Notes: generated by a model from the letters alone, not told the origin. Shown: positions 1-10,277, numbered from the stretch's first letter. The stretch: 64,000 nt of DNA from Phycisphaerales bacterium (GCA_043101845.1 JBICHN010000011.1:274635-338634); one strand, 5' to 3'. Translations and numbers: made by a program.

Positions 1-173
1 GATCAGGCGATCGAGCGGAGAAGATCCGAACATACCGGTTCAAAGAGAACCTTGTCGTCGACCATCGAGTGGGGCGAAGCTTCAATCTGGCCGATACGCT
101 CGCAGGGCGCCTCGATCCGCTCGTCGACGCGTTGATCGAGGAAGACACCGCGAAGCGGCTCGCCGCGCTCTGA
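1..173 (+). CDS. prfA: Peptide chain release factor 1, C-terminal fragment (gene begins before the window)
   Basis: Frame starting at nt 3 reads SGDRAEKIRTYRFKENLVVDHRVGRSFNLADTLAGRLDPLVDALIEED...*, matching the RF1 C-terminal GDRSEKIRTYNF...DHR...L.G.LD..I.AL signature; TGA at 171-173. Not in the ORF track. Confidence 0.85.
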   Translation, partial: SGDRAEKIRTYRFKENLVVDHRVGRSFNLADTLAGRLDPLVDALIEEDTAKRLAAL

Positions 174-257
174 TGATCGATCGGCCGATGGACCGAATCT
201 GATGACAGGCGCCGGCGCCGGAGGCCGGCTTCGCCCCGCCTGCCGGAGCACGCGCCG

Positions 258-995
258 ATGTCGATCGACTGGACCCCCCGCCCTGAATTCCGCTGGCTCA
301 TCGTCGCCGCCGTGGCAAAGGAGATCGAACCGCTCGTGCGCGACCGCGCGCCCGTCTCGAACGCCGGCGGCTGGCCGCGCTTCGAGCTCGACGATTCGAT
401 CGGCGCCGTCATCTGCGGCGTCGGTCGCGCGAACGCCGCGGGCGCCGTCGCCACGGCGCTCGCCACCGCGTCCAAATCCGACGGCGATCCGTTCGCCCTT
501 GTGCTCAATGTCGGCGTCGCAGGCGCCCTGCCCGGCGGCGGGCTCGCGGTGGGCGATCTCATCGTCGCGACCGAGTCCGTCTTCTTCGAGGAAGGCCTCG
601 ACCTGCCGACCGGCGCCGTCGACATGAACGGCCTCGGCTTCCCCCTCGCCGAGGGCGACTGGATCGACGGCAACCGCATCACGCCCGACGCGTCGCTCGT
701 CGACGCGCTCGTCGCGCGCCTGCCCGGCGGCGTGCGCCGGGACGCGATCGCGACCGTCGCCCGCTGCTCGGGAACCGACCGCGCGGCGCGCGAGGTCGTC
801 AAACAGACCCGCGCCGTGGCCGAAGCGATGGAAGGCGCCGCGTCGTCGCTCATCGCGCGCCGCTTCGGCGTCCACGCCGCCGAGCTTCGCGTCATCAGCA
901 ACACCTGCGGCGACCGCGAACGCCAGTCCTGGGACCTCTCCGCCGCCCTCAAGAAACTCCACGCCATCCTTCCGCCGCTCCTTCACCACGAGTAG
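258..995 (+). CDS. mqnB: Futalosine hydrolase (PNP/MTA-SAH nucleosidase fold, alternative menaquinone pathway)
   Basis: GVGRANAA, NVGVAGA, EEG, TVARCSGT, AEAMEGAA and ELRVISNTCGDRERQSWDL motifs typical of MqnB. Confidence 0.8.
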   Translation: MSIDWTPRPEFRWLIVAAVAKEIEPLVRDRAPVSNAGGWPRFELDDSIGAVICGVGRANAAGAVATALATASKSDGDPFALVLNVGVAGALPGGGLAVGDLIVATESVFFEEGLDLPTGAVDMNGLGFPLAEGDWIDGNRITPDASLVDALVARLPGGVRRDAIATVARCSGTDRAAREVVKQTRAVAEAMEGAASSLIARRFGVHAAELRVISNTCGDRERQSWDLSAALKKLHAILPPLLHHE

Positions 996-997
996 AA

Positions 998-1035
998 CTC
1001 CTCTCCCTCCAAGGGCGAGGCCGGGTGGGGGTGAA
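998..1035 (-). repeat. Single C-rich/G-rich hairpin repeat (CCCCCACCCGGCCTCGCCCTTGGAGGGAGAGG on minus strand)
   Basis: Same architecture as CCCTCCCCTGGCCCCTCCCTCGAGGGAGGGG copies at about 33581, 35664 and 37916; lies between convergent genes. Confidence 0.55.
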
Positions 1036-1112
1036 ACGCGGACGAAGGCGCGCACGCAGAGCGATCCGCTCCATCCACGGATGTACCCAAACACTACTAG
1101 AGAAGAAGTGGT

Positions 1113-2108
1113 TCAACCCGCGGCGCGGGGAAGACGCGGCTCGGCGGAGGCCGCTCGGCGCGAAGAAGTCGCGCCGTTTGAGGAACTCGACGAAGACGAC
1201 GCCCCGCCGCGGCCGCGGTTCTCCTTGAAGAACCGGCTCGGACGGTCATCGCTCAACTGCGCCTGCAGCTTGCGAAGCGCCTCGTACTCGATCTGCCGCA
1301 CGCGCTCGCGCGTGAGCCCGATCTGCTCGCCGATCTCCTTGAGCGTGAGCGGCGGCTGCCCGTCGAGGCCGAACCGCAGACGCAGGACGGTCGCCTCGCG
1401 ATCGTCGATCGCCTCGAGGAGCTTGCGGATCGTGAGCACCTCATCATCATGCAGGATCGCCTCTTCCGGCTGATCGGCCCGGCGATCCGCGAAGAGCTCG
1501 GCGAAGTTCACCGCCTCGCCGTCGTCGCCGAGCGGCGCCTGGTTCGACGCCTGCATCGCGCGCACGGCCCGGCGGATGATCGACACCTTCTTGATCGGAA
1601 GCTTCATGAGTTCCGCGAGCTCCGAGATGGTCGGCGGGCGGCCGAGCTCCATCTCGAGTTCGTACGACGCCTGCTTCCACTTCGCGATGTGCTCGACCAT
1701 GTACGCGGGAATGTTGATCGGCTGACCCGCGTTGATGAGCGCGCGCTTGATCGCCTGCTTGATCCACCACGACGCGTAAGTCGAAAACCGCGCGCCCTGC
1801 GCCGGATCGAATCCTTCCACCGCGCGGATGAGTCCGATGTTGCCTTCTTCAATGAGATCCGTGAGGTGCAGGCCGCGGTTCGTGTAGTTCTTCGCGATCG
1901 ACACGACGAGCCGCAGGTTGGCGCGCACGAGGCGGTCGCGCGCCTCCGGGCAGTTGTCGTTGATGACCTTCCACCCGAGCTGCTTTTCCTCGAGCGGCGA
2001 GAGCAGCGGCGTCTCGTTGATCTGCCTGAGGTACAGCTGGAGCTCCGATTGAAGCCCGCTGTCCGCAGCGCCCTTGCCTTTGGGTTTCGCCAAGAGTTCG
2101 ATTCCCAC
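1113..2108 (-). CDS. RNA polymerase sigma-70 family factor (RpoD/RpoS-like, regions 1.2-4)
   Basis: [62 protein letters not shown]...[10 protein letters not shown]; start uncertain (GTG 2108 or TTG 2093). Confidence 0.92.
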   Translation of the reverse strand: MGIELLAKPKGKGAADSGLQSELQLYLRQINETPLLSPLEEKQLGWKVINDNCPEARDRLVRANLRLVVSIAKNYTNRGLHLTDLIEEGNIGLIRAVEGFDPAQGARFSTYASWWIKQAIKRALINAGQPINIPAYMVEHIAKWKQASYELEMELGRPPTISELAELMKLPIKKVSIIRRAVRAMQASNQAPLGDDGEAVNFAELFADRRADQPEEAILHDDEVLTIRKLLEAIDDREATVLRLRFGLDGQPPLTLKEIGEQIGLTRERVRQIEYEALRKLQAQLSDDRPSRFFKENRGRGGASSSSSSSNGATSSRRAASAEPRLPRAAG

Positions 2109-2335
2109 CGCGTGCTCGCACGAAACGACACGACGAATTCCAGCCACCCCCCGATAACTTCGGCTCATCCTAGCCGAACAGCGCACGAGCGACCACGGAG
2201 AATCTCCCGTGCGCAGACCCCGCGGGAGTATTCGGCGAGGTCCCGATACCGGTTCGACCAATCATCGAAACACCTTGAGCTTCGCCCGGTTTCCTCGCGA
2301 TGGGCGGCCGAAACTCGCCGATACAATCCTTCGCC

Positions 2336-3079
2336 GTGAAAGATCGCGATCTCAGCGCGTGGCTTCGCGAATGGCCGCTCGAGCCCGGCTCGGTCCAGGC
2401 GCGGGTTATCCACACGCCCGACGGTCGCGAAGTCCTGCAGATGCGGGTCGATCTCGGCGTGCTTCAAATGGAGCGCGAAGGGCGACCGGACGGAACGCGC
2501 CCGGAAAACCACGAATCCTGGGCCGATTTCTACACCGAAACACTCGCCGCCGATGACTCGGATGAAGCCGGATTAACCTCCGACGATCTGCGCCGACTGC
2601 GCGATGAAGCCGTGCAGTATTCGCACCGCTCGATCGCGCTCTTTTCCCTTGACGAATTCGACGAAGTCGTCCGCGATGAAGAGCATATTCTGCGCATCCT
2701 CGATCTCGCCGCCGCGCACGGCGGCGGCGACGACGAAGCGCTCGCGCTCGAACGCCTCCGTCCGAATACGGTCATCATGATCGCCCGCGCCGGCGCCGCG
2801 AAGGCGATCACCCGCGGCGACTCGCGCGCCGCGCTCACCGCCATCAACGCCGGTCTCGACGAACTGCGTCGCGTCTTCCGTGTCTACGGCGTCACCGACG
2901 ATGAATTCGACGATCTGAGCGAAGCGCGCCTGCTCCTCGTCATGCGCGACGCCCTCACGCCGAAACTCCCGGCGAGCCAGCGCCATGAACTCAACGAGCG
3001 CCTCCGCGCGGCGATCGCGGCCGACAACTTCGAACTCGCCGCGATTCTTCGCGATGAGCTGCGCCAGTTGAACGAATAG
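2336..3079 (+). CDS. UvrB/UvrC-motif-containing protein
   Basis: N-terminal LQMRVDLGVLQME..GRPDG.RP block and C-terminal UVR motif LRAAIAADNFELAAILRDEL. Confidence 0.75.
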   Translation: MKDRDLSAWLREWPLEPGSVQARVIHTPDGREVLQMRVDLGVLQMEREGRPDGTRPENHESWADFYTETLAADDSDEAGLTSDDLRRLRDEAVQYSHRSIALFSLDEFDEVVRDEEHILRILDLAAAHGGGDDEALALERLRPNTVIMIARAGAAKAITRGDSRAALTAINAGLDELRRVFRVYGVTDDEFDDLSEARLLLVMRDALTPKLPASQRHELNERLRAAIAADNFELAAILRDELRQLNE

Positions 3080-3100
3080 CAGGATCGATCAGAAGTGAAC

Positions 3101-3505
3101 TCAGGCGGCCCGGCGACGCGGATACGCCACCGCGATCCGATAGCGGGCCTGGCCGTCCGCGTCGACGCCGGCCGGGTCGCAGCGCACGACGGTGCCGATC
3201 GCTCCCCGCGTGCGGAACGGCGCGAGACGGATCTCGACGAATTCGCCGATGTGCAGCGCGTGATCGCTGAGCAGGCCGACGCCGATCGGGCTGATGTCGA
3301 GCAGCCGCATCGACCCGCCGAGCAGCGTGTGGAGCGGATTGCAGCAGAGCACCTGCGCCCAGCCGTCCGTCCGCGCCCGCGGCTCGCGCCGCCGTTCGAA
3401 GCGAATGATCTCGGGCGTGCGCGCCTCGTCGCCTTCGTTCTGCACCGCGTCCGCGGCGGCGCCGACCGGCGTAGTGGCGAGTTTGAGCATGGTTGACGGC
3501 TCCAT
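3101..3505 (-). CDS. PilZ-domain protein (putative c-di-GMP receptor)
   Basis: RxxxR (ERRREPR) followed by DxSxxG (DISPIG). Confidence 0.75.
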   Translation of the reverse strand: MEPSTMLKLATTPVGAAADAVQNEGDEARTPEIIRFERRREPRARTDGWAQVLCCNPLHTLLGGSMRLLDISPIGVGLLSDHALHIGEFVEIRLAPFRTRGAIGTVVRCDPAGVDADGQARYRIAVAYPRRRAA

Positions 3506-3619
3506 CCACCCCCGCGAAATCGGGGTCCGGGTGTCCTATCGGCCCGTCCGATTTCGAAGTTGAGTCCGGAGCGTCCGAAAACCCGCGCTTTCAAATGAAA
3601 CCGCGCGAGTGCGTCGCCG

Positions 3620-4126
3620 TCATTTCAAGGCACGCTTCCCCCGCGCCCGACGCCACTCGTTCACCTGCTCGAGCGCCTCGGGCTCGTGCCGCAGCACCTT
3701 GAGCACCTGCGAGTTCGTCGCCTCGAGTCGAAACGCCGCGTCGGCCACTTCGCCGCGCAGTTCGTAGATGAGATCGAGCAGCTCTGCGAGCGCCGCCGGG
3801 AATTCGTCGTGACGCGGACTCAGGCTGATCTTCCCGTCGCGGATGCGCCGCGCGAGAAACTCCGGCGGCCGGTACTTGAACAGGCCGAGCGGCTCGCGGT
3901 GTTCGATCGCGAGACGCACGCGCAACCGCTTAATCGCGCGGCGGCGATTCACCTCGGCGCTGCGGTCCTCGCCCGCCTGTGCGCTGATGCCCGTCGGCGT
4001 GTGTTCGATGAGGACCTGCGTCTCGACCTTGTTCCGCCGCTGTCCGCCCGGCCCCCGTGAACGCGAGCGCGACCACTCACATTCCTTGAGCAACTCATCG
4101 ATCGGCAGCGCAGCCGGGTGCGGCAA
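3620..4126 (-). CDS. Peptide chain release factor-like (RF-1 domain, GGQ) protein
   Basis: RSRGPGGQRRNKVET.V...HTPTGI....EDRS...NR..A, the peptidyl-tRNA hydrolase domain without a codon-reading domain. Confidence 0.8.
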   Translation of the reverse strand: MPHPAALPIDELLKECEWSRSRSRGPGGQRRNKVETQVLIEHTPTGISAQAGEDRSAEVNRRRAIKRLRVRLAIEHREPLGLFKYRPPEFLARRIRDGKISLSPRHDEFPAALAELLDLIYELRGEVADAAFRLEATNSQVLKVLRHEPEALEQVNEWRRARGKRALK

Positions 4127-4152
4127 GACGGTTCCCTCCCGCGCGGAACGAA

Positions 4153-5223
4153 TCAGAACGACGCCGACGCGGACGCCGTGAGCGACAACTCGTCGAACCG
4201 CCCCGCTTTATAGAAATGAAACGCGAGGCCTGCGATCATCGCCGCGTTGTCGAGGCAGTGCGCCATGGACGGCAGCCGCAGGTCGAGCCCGCGCTCCGAC
4301 GCGAACGCCGTGACCTCCGCCCGCAATCGCGAGTTCGCGCTCACCCCGCCACCGACGATAAGCGTGCGCGGCGCCTCGTCGCGTTCGCTCAACTGTTCGA
4401 ACGCGCGACGCAGCTTGAGCATGATCGCCCCGACCGCGGCGCGCTGGAACGACGCGCAGAGATCATCGATCTCCGCAGCGCTCAGATCCGAATGATCCCG
4501 CTCGTAATAGCTCTCTTTGCCACGCTTCTTCGGCGTGCCGCGCACCGTGTACAGGAGCGCCGTCTTGAGTCCCGAGAATGAGAAATCGAGACTGTCCCGG
4601 TCGAGCGTTGAGATCGGAAGTTCGTGCGCCGTTTCGTCGCCGCGCGCGGCGCGCTCGTCGACGATCGGTCCGCCGGGAAACCCGAGTCCGAGAATCGTCG
4701 CCGCCTTGTCGTACGCCTCGCCGATCGCGTCGTCGATCGTTCGCCCGAGCGCATCGATGTCGATCGGCGAGCGCATGACGAAGAGGTTCGTGTGCCCGCC
4801 CGAGACGACGAGCCCGAGCGCCGGAAACTCCGGCGGCTCCGCGTCGAGCGATCCGGAATGAAGATGCGCGATGACATGATCGACGCCGATGAGCGGTTTG
4901 CCCCACGCCCACGCGAGCGTCTTCGCCGCCGCGACGCCGACGAGCAGCGAACCGATGAGCCCGGGCCGATGACCGACCGCGATCGCGTCGAGATCATCGG
5001 GACCGACCTGCGCATCCTTCATGGCGCGATCGATGACCGGCAGAATCCGTTCGATGTGCGCGCGGCTCGCGATTTCCGGCACGACGCCGCCGTATTCCTC
5101 ATGCAGCTCCGTCTGCGTGGCGATGATGTTCGAAAGCGTCGCGCGACCATTGCGCACGACCGCCGCCGCGGTCTCATCGCAGCTCGATTCGACACCAAGA
5201 ATCGTCACGGGCGGGTCGGACAT
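4153..5223 (-). CDS. tsaD: tRNA N6-adenosine threonylcarbamoyltransferase
   Basis: ILGVESSCDETAAA, GGVVPEIASRAH, H..AH, VSGGHT, TIDDAIGEAYDK, FSFSGLKTA, GGVSANSRLR, DNAAMIA; real start is ATG 5223 inside the long track ORF. Confidence 0.96.
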   Translation of the reverse strand: MSDPPVTILGVESSCDETAAAVVRNGRATLSNIIATQTELHEEYGGVVPEIASRAHIERILPVIDRAMKDAQVGPDDLDAIAVGHRPGLIGSLLVGVAAAKTLAWAWGKPLIGVDHVIAHLHSGSLDAEPPEFPALGLVVSGGHTNLFVMRSPIDIDALGRTIDDAIGEAYDKAATILGLGFPGGPIVDERAARGDETAHELPISTLDRDSLDFSFSGLKTALLYTVRGTPKKRGKESYYERDHSDLSAAEIDDLCASFQRAAVGAIMLKLRRAFEQLSERDEAPRTLIVGGGVSANSRLRAEVTAFASERGLDLRLPSMAHCLDNAAMIAGLAFHFYKAGRFDELSLTASASASF

Positions 5224-5262
5224 GCCGGATCGTACGCCGGCGCCGCGCACGCCGTATGATCG

Positions 5263-7011
5263 ATGCGAATGGAACGGACTCCGCTTCGATTCATCCTGAC
5301 GCCGGTCGTGGCGCTGCTCGCCCTGCTCGCGTTCCCCGCCACGACTTTCGCGGCGGCGCCGGGAGACGCCAGGGATGATGGCGACGACGGTCACGGCGCC
5401 GCGATCGTGTCGCCCGAGCGACTCTACCTTGTCATTCATGCGCGCGGCCTCGAAGACGCAGCGCAAGAATGGGCCGATTACCGCGCCACGCGCGGCTGGA
5501 ACGCCGAAGCGATCGCCGCGACCGACGCCGCCGGACTCCTGCCCCCGCATTGGAACGACGCGCAGCTCATGCGCGAAGGGCTCCGCCAGTACTTCCGCGA
5601 CCGCTTCGGCCAGGCGCAGTTGCGCGGCGTGACCGGCGCCGATTTCGCCGTACTCCTCCTCGGCGATGTCGAAGCGCCCGACGGCTCGCTCGCCATCGCG
5701 ACCTGGCCGAAGCCGAACCTCATCGCGAGCCTGCGCAGCGGCGACCCGATGGACGAGCGCATCGTGGGTGACCACGATTACCAGCGTCTCGATGACGACG
5801 ACGATCGCCCCGACTTTCTCCTCGGCCGCGTCCCCGCGCGGTCGAACGCCGAGGCGATCGCGCTGCTCGAGCGCATCCGCCGGTACGAGAACGACACGCC
5901 GCGCGGCCCGTGGCGCCGGCGCATGAACTTCATCGCAAGTGAACCCGGTTTCGGATTCGTCGACGGCGCGATCGAGCGCGCCGTCGAACTTGTCCTCGAC
6001 ACCTACACGCCGGCCGAGTTCGACCTCTCGATGACCTATGCGAGCAGTCGCTCGCCGTACTGCCCGCCCCCGGCCCGTCTCGCCGCGATCACCGCCGAGC
6101 GCTTCACCGAGGGCGCGCTCCTCGTCGCCTATGTCGGTCACGGCCACGCGCGCATGCTCGATCGACTCATCTGGAATCGACGCGCATTCGAGATATTCGA
6201 CTTCGACGCGTTCGACGCGAACACCGTCGACGGCGCCCGCTTTCCCATTCTCTTCCTGCTCGCGTGTTCGACCGGGGCCTTCGACGATCCGGAGGGCGCG
6301 CCCTCGCTCGCCGAACGCCTCCTCTTCCACGACGCCGGTCCCGTCGCGATCATCGCCGGCAGCCGGCCGACGCATCCCTACGCGAACGGCCTCTACCTCA
6401 AGGACCTGCTCGATCACCTCGCGACGGAGCGCCGCCCGACGATCGGCGCCGTCTACCTCGCTGCGACGCGCGGCCTCGTCGACCTCGACGACGATGATCG
6501 CCTCATGGAATTTCTGAGCGGGCCGATCCTCCGCGCGAACGGCGAATTCGCGACGCCCGCGACCATCCGGGCCGCGCACCTGCGCCTCTACAACCTGCTC
6601 GGCGACCCGGCGCTCGAGATCGCCTATCCCGCGGAGCGACTCGACGATCTTCGGGTCGAGAGCGGGCGGCTCATCGGCCACGCGCCGAATTTCACCGAGG
6701 GTCGCGCGACGATCTCGATCGAAACGGCGCGACGCGACATGCCCCGCGCCTCGGAGATGGATCCGGCCTTCGGCCGCGACGATCCCGAACTCGAACGCAA
6801 GGCCGCGCTCAACTATCCGCTCGCGAACGACAAGGTGCTCCGCCAGACGGTCGTGCCCGTGGTGAACGGCCGCTTTGAAGTGGCGCTCACCGCCGGCGAT
6901 GGGCTCGGCGATCTCGACGCGACGCCGCGCTGGATCAAGGTGTATCTCACCGGGTCCGACGGCGACGCGTTCGGCGCCATTCCGTGGCCCGCCGGGCTCG
7001 ACACGCCGTAA
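5263..7011 (+). CDS. Secreted C25 (gingipain-like) cysteine peptidase
   Basis: Signal peptide; LLLGD, GDHDY..LD..D.PD..LGRVP, YVGHG (His), LACSTG (Cys), YNLLGDP. Confidence 0.82.
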   Translation: MRMERTPLRFILTPVVALLALLAFPATTFAAAPGDARDDGDDGHGAAIVSPERLYLVIHARGLEDAAQEWADYRATRGWNAEAIAATDAAGLLPPHWNDAQLMREGLRQYFRDRFGQAQLRGVTGADFAVLLLGDVEAPDGSLAIATWPKPNLIASLRSGDPMDERIVGDHDYQRLDDDDDRPDFLLGRVPARSNAEAIALLERIRRYENDTPRGPWRRRMNFIASEPGFGFVDGAIERAVELVLDTYTPAEFDLSMTYASSRSPYCPPPARLAAITAERFTEGALLVAYVGHGHARMLDRLIWNRRAFEIFDFDAFDANTVDGARFPILFLLACSTGAFDDPEGAPSLAERLLFHDAGPVAIIAGSRPTHPYANGLYLKDLLDHLATERRPTIGAVYLAATRGLVDLDDDDRLMEFLSGPILRANGEFATPATIRAAHLRLYNLLGDPALEIAYPAERLDDLRVESGRLIGHAPNFTEGRATISIETARRDMPRASEMDPAFGRDDPELERKAALNYPLANDKVLRQTVVPVVNGRFEVALTAGDGLGDLDATPRWIKVYLTGSDGDAFGAIPWPAGLDTP

Positions 7012-7078
7012 GCTGTTCAACCGGAAGCGCGCGGCTCCGATCCCGTCGCCATCCGCTTCGTCGTTCGTTCGTCCGTTC

Positions 7079-8416
7079 ATGCTCAAGTACGCGATCATCA
7101 TTCCGGAAGGCGCCGCCGATCGTCCGCTCGACGATCTTGACGGCCTCACGCCGCTGCAGTCCGCCACGGCGCCGAACACCGATCGCCTCGCCCGCGCCGG
7201 TCGCGTGGGCGCCGCGTCGTTCGTTCCCCAGGGATTCGAGCCCGACGCCGATGTCGTGCTCGCCTCCCTCCTCGGCTACGACCCGACCATCGTTCATCCG
7301 CGTCGCGCCGCGTTCGAATCCGTCGCGGCGGGCGTCGAACTCGGCGCGAACGACTGGGCGCTTGCCGTGTCGCTCGTCACGCTCGACCGCGAAGAGCGCC
7401 TGCTCGATCACACCGCGGGCGGCCTCGGTCTCGCGGAGACCGAAGCGCTCCTTCGCGCCTTGGCCGCGCGCCTCGCCGAGGCGACGCCGCACGAGGCGGC
7501 GGGGCTCGAGTTCATCCCGCTCGCCGGCCATCGCGCGCTGCTCGTCGACCGCTCCGGCCGCGACTGGTCCGGCGTCGAGACCGAGCCGCCGTGGCGCGCC
7601 CTCGGTCAGCCGATCGCGAAGCGAAGACCGCGCGGCGGCGACGAGGGGGCCGCGCTGCTCAACGATCTCATGCGCCTCGGGCGCGAAGTCTTCGCCGGAC
7701 ACGAGGTGAACCGCACGCGCGCCGAACTCGGCGAACGCGAGGCGACCCTCCCCTGGTTCTGGGGTGAGGCGCAGCCCATCACGCTCGACCCGCTCGCCGG
7801 CCGCGTGCGCCACCAGCGCGTCGCGCTGCTGACCGACTCCGATCTCATGCTCGGCCTCGCTCAGGCCGCGGGGATTGAGCACGCGTTCCGCCTGCCCGAG
7901 CCGGGCGGCCCGCTCGAGGTCGATCCGCGGATGATCGGCGACGCGGCGGTCGAGCTGTTGACGAACGACGACGACGCGTTCGACCTCGTCATCGCGCACC
8001 ACTCCGGCCCGGCGCGCGCCGCGCTCGCGAACGACTTCGCCGGCAAGGTCGCCGCGATCGAGGCGATCGATGCGCATGTCGTCAGCCCCGTCGCCGACGC
8101 GCTCGAAGCGCGGGCCGAACGGGGCCGCGGTAGGGAGGGCGCCGCGAATCGCGACGAGGACGCCGATCCCGAGGCTGACCCCGACGCGGGAACCGGTCGC
8201 TGGCGCCTGCTCATCGCGCCGGCGGTCGCGGTCGATACCGACGCGCGGCGGCCGACCTCGGCGCCCGCCCCGTTCCTCATCGCCGGCCACCGCATCGCGA
8301 GCGTCCTCCGCTTCGGCGCGCTCACCGAATCTGAAGCCGACGAGAGCGACCTCCACATCCCGACCGGCCACGACCTCCTCGAATACTTCCTCTTCAGCGG
8401 CGGCGTCGGCCGGTAG
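7079..8416 (+). CDS. ApgM-family cofactor-independent phosphoglycerate mutase homolog, catalytic residues degenerate
   Basis: KYAIIIPEGAADRP..L.G.TPLQ.A..PN.D.LA..G, SLLGYDP, HEVNR.R...G......WFWG; see findings. Confidence 0.75.
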   Translation: MLKYAIIIPEGAADRPLDDLDGLTPLQSATAPNTDRLARAGRVGAASFVPQGFEPDADVVLASLLGYDPTIVHPRRAAFESVAAGVELGANDWALAVSLVTLDREERLLDHTAGGLGLAETEALLRALAARLAEATPHEAAGLEFIPLAGHRALLVDRSGRDWSGVETEPPWRALGQPIAKRRPRGGDEGAALLNDLMRLGREVFAGHEVNRTRAELGEREATLPWFWGEAQPITLDPLAGRVRHQRVALLTDSDLMLGLAQAAGIEHAFRLPEPGGPLEVDPRMIGDAAVELLTNDDDAFDLVIAHHSGPARAALANDFAGKVAAIEAIDAHVVSPVADALEARAERGRGREGAANRDEDADPEADPDAGTGRWRLLIAPAVAVDTDARRPTSAPAPFLIAGHRIASVLRFGALTESEADESDLHIPTGHDLLEYFLFSGGVGR

Positions 8417-8435
8417 GGGCCCGCCGGCGGCGGGG

Positions 8436-9280
8436 GGATCACCACAGAGGCGCAGAGACACAGAGAAGAGGTAGTGAATGGATGAACGAGGTGTTGGAAA
8501 CGACGGAATCGTCCTCAAGCCGGACTGGAGCGCCGACAAGCCCGGCGCCGTCGAGCGGAGGTCCGGTTTCTGCGTCACGGGAATCCGGAATCACCACAGA
8601 GTCACAGAGGCGCAGAGAAGAGGTGGAGAAAGAGTGGGAGAGGTGTTGGAGACGACGGAATCGTCCTCAAGCCGGACTGGAGCGCCGACAAGCCCCGCGC
8701 CGTCGAGCGGAGGTCCGGTTCAGGGCGCACGAACCGGCCCCGGACGATCGAACGCAGATCTGAGATTTCAAATCTCAAATCTCGGATTTCAGATTTCAAA
8801 TTTCAGATTTCCAATCTCGGATTCTCTACGCATTCAAACTTCACCGACCTACCCAGCCCCGTGTGCCACTGCCGTGCCGGCAGTGCGAAACGGCGAACGG
8901 CGCGCGGGACTCCGATCGCCCACCTCGTCACGCCGCTCGTAGGTTCGGCTACTGCCGAACGGTTGGGCGTTCGATCACTCGTCGACGATTCGGTCGCGCG
9001 TTGATCCCGCGTACCCCCAGCCGTCAGGCAGTAGCCTGACCTACCCAACCCCGTGTGCCACTGCCGTTCCGGCAGTGCGAAACGGCGGACGGCGCACGAG
9101 TCAACGATCGCCCACCTCGTCGCTCATGTCCCCGTTCCATTCCCGCACGGCCTGGAAGGCCGTGGCACTCGTAGGTTCGGCTCTTGCCGAACGGTTGGGC
9201 GTTCGATCACTCGTCGACGATTCGGACGCGCGTTGATCCCGCGTACCCCCAACCGTCAGGCGCCAGCCTGACCTACCCGG
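8436..9280. repeat. Composite intergenic repeat mosaic 1: 2x ~152-bp unit, heptamer array, REP-like doublets
   Basis: Units at about 8438-8569 and 8589-8720; (ATYTCAR)n 8757-8822; GTGTGC-foot hairpins 8861, 9053, 9146; GTAG-foot hairpins 8939, 9023, 9171, 9255. Confidence 0.9.
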
Positions 9281-9821
9281 ACGAGCACATCACGGCTGAA
9301 GTCGAAACCTCTATTGATTCCCGTTGGAACGAGCGATTGTTCATCGCGGGCCTCGACGAGGAATTCGGCGCGCATCGAAAAACCCGCGGGCCTCTGTGTG
9401 CGCCGCCCCTTCGTCGACCGCGTTCACGACCCGCGAGGCCGCCTCGCCGCTCGCGAAGACAGTTGCGCCGGCGCGCGCCGAATCGTCCGCACGCGCGCCC
9501 GCAAATTGCGCCATTCGTGGCCAAAATGGGACAAAACGGACCAAAGTGCGCCATTCGGCGCCAAAGTGCGCCAAACGAGCACTTTTCGCGCACCAAACGC
9601 GACGCTCCGTGCGCACGAACGCGCGCCCGTGCGCACAGGATCCCGACCGGAGATGAAGAACCCCCGCGCAGCGCCTCGAATCGACCCTGGCACTCGCGCC
9701 GAAACCGTCCCGCGTTGAAACGCGTGCGCACGAATCTGTCCTCGAGCGCCGTTCCGCCGTGCGCCTCGGTGTGCGGTGGTTGGATGGTCGAAAAAGGGGC
9801 GCCGCTCGCTCGTTCGCGCCC

Positions 9822-10217
9822 TCACTCCCGCTCCGTCTCGCAGTTCCAGCAGACGGCGAAGCTGCCCTCGATCTCCTCGCCGCACGAGGCGCACACCCAC
9901 GGGTCGGGGTCGGGCTGAAAGGCGCGGCCGCACTCGGGGCAGCGGAGCGAGCGGTTTCCGGTGAGGTCGTAGCCGCAGTCCGGACAGCGGCCGGGCGCGA
10001 TCTCGTCGATCAACTCGTCGATGATCGCCCGCGCCTCGTCCTCATCCTCCCGCGCCACGAGAATCGACGCCCGCGCCTGCGGCAGGCCGAAGCCGCCGAG
10101 CACCGTCGCCGCGGCCTCATCCTGAATGACCGACGGAATCTCCGCCGAGGCCAGGATCGAGATGATCAACTGGCCCTCCCACGGCGCCCGACATCGATAT
10201 ACGCGGACGAGCCCCAT
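9822..10217 (-). CDS. DUF2007-like putative signal-transducing protein with two C-terminal zinc ribbons
   Basis: N-terminal L...EIP..IQDE....G pattern; CPDCGYDL...CPECG and WVCASCGEEIEGSFAVCWNC. Confidence 0.7.
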   Translation of the reverse strand: MGLVRVYRCRAPWEGQLIISILASAEIPSVIQDEAAATVLGGFGLPQARASILVAREDEDEARAIIDELIDEIAPGRCPDCGYDLTGNRSLRCPECGRAFQPDPDPWVCASCGEEIEGSFAVCWNCETERE

Positions 10218-10277
10218 CGCGCGACGATCCTCTCTCTCGTAACCCTCACTCTCGCGAGTCGCTCAATTCTCGCGCGC

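Noticed and set aside
5224-7179. 1008-aa track ORF suggesting a huge N-terminal extension of TsaD
   Set aside because: The extension is the antisense shadow of the C25 peptidase gene; TsaD homology starts at ATG 5223
8478-8942. ORFs across repeat mosaics (also 12414-13037, 35498-36070, 37658-38293)
   Set aside because: Translations (QISNLKSQ, TTESQRR, PSPGPSL) are just the DNA repeats read in frame; no protein-family signal
8438-9280. Possible CRISPR array (regularly spaced palindromic repeats)
   Set aside because: Only 2 units per type, the intervening sequences resemble each other rather than being unique spacers, and no cas genes are present
9280-9820. Unassigned 540-bp stretch with a CCAAAGTGCGCCA direct repeat (9541-9573) and several overlapping ORFs
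   Set aside because: No ORF has recognisable motifs or convincing codon bias; could be a decayed gene, but I cannot support a call
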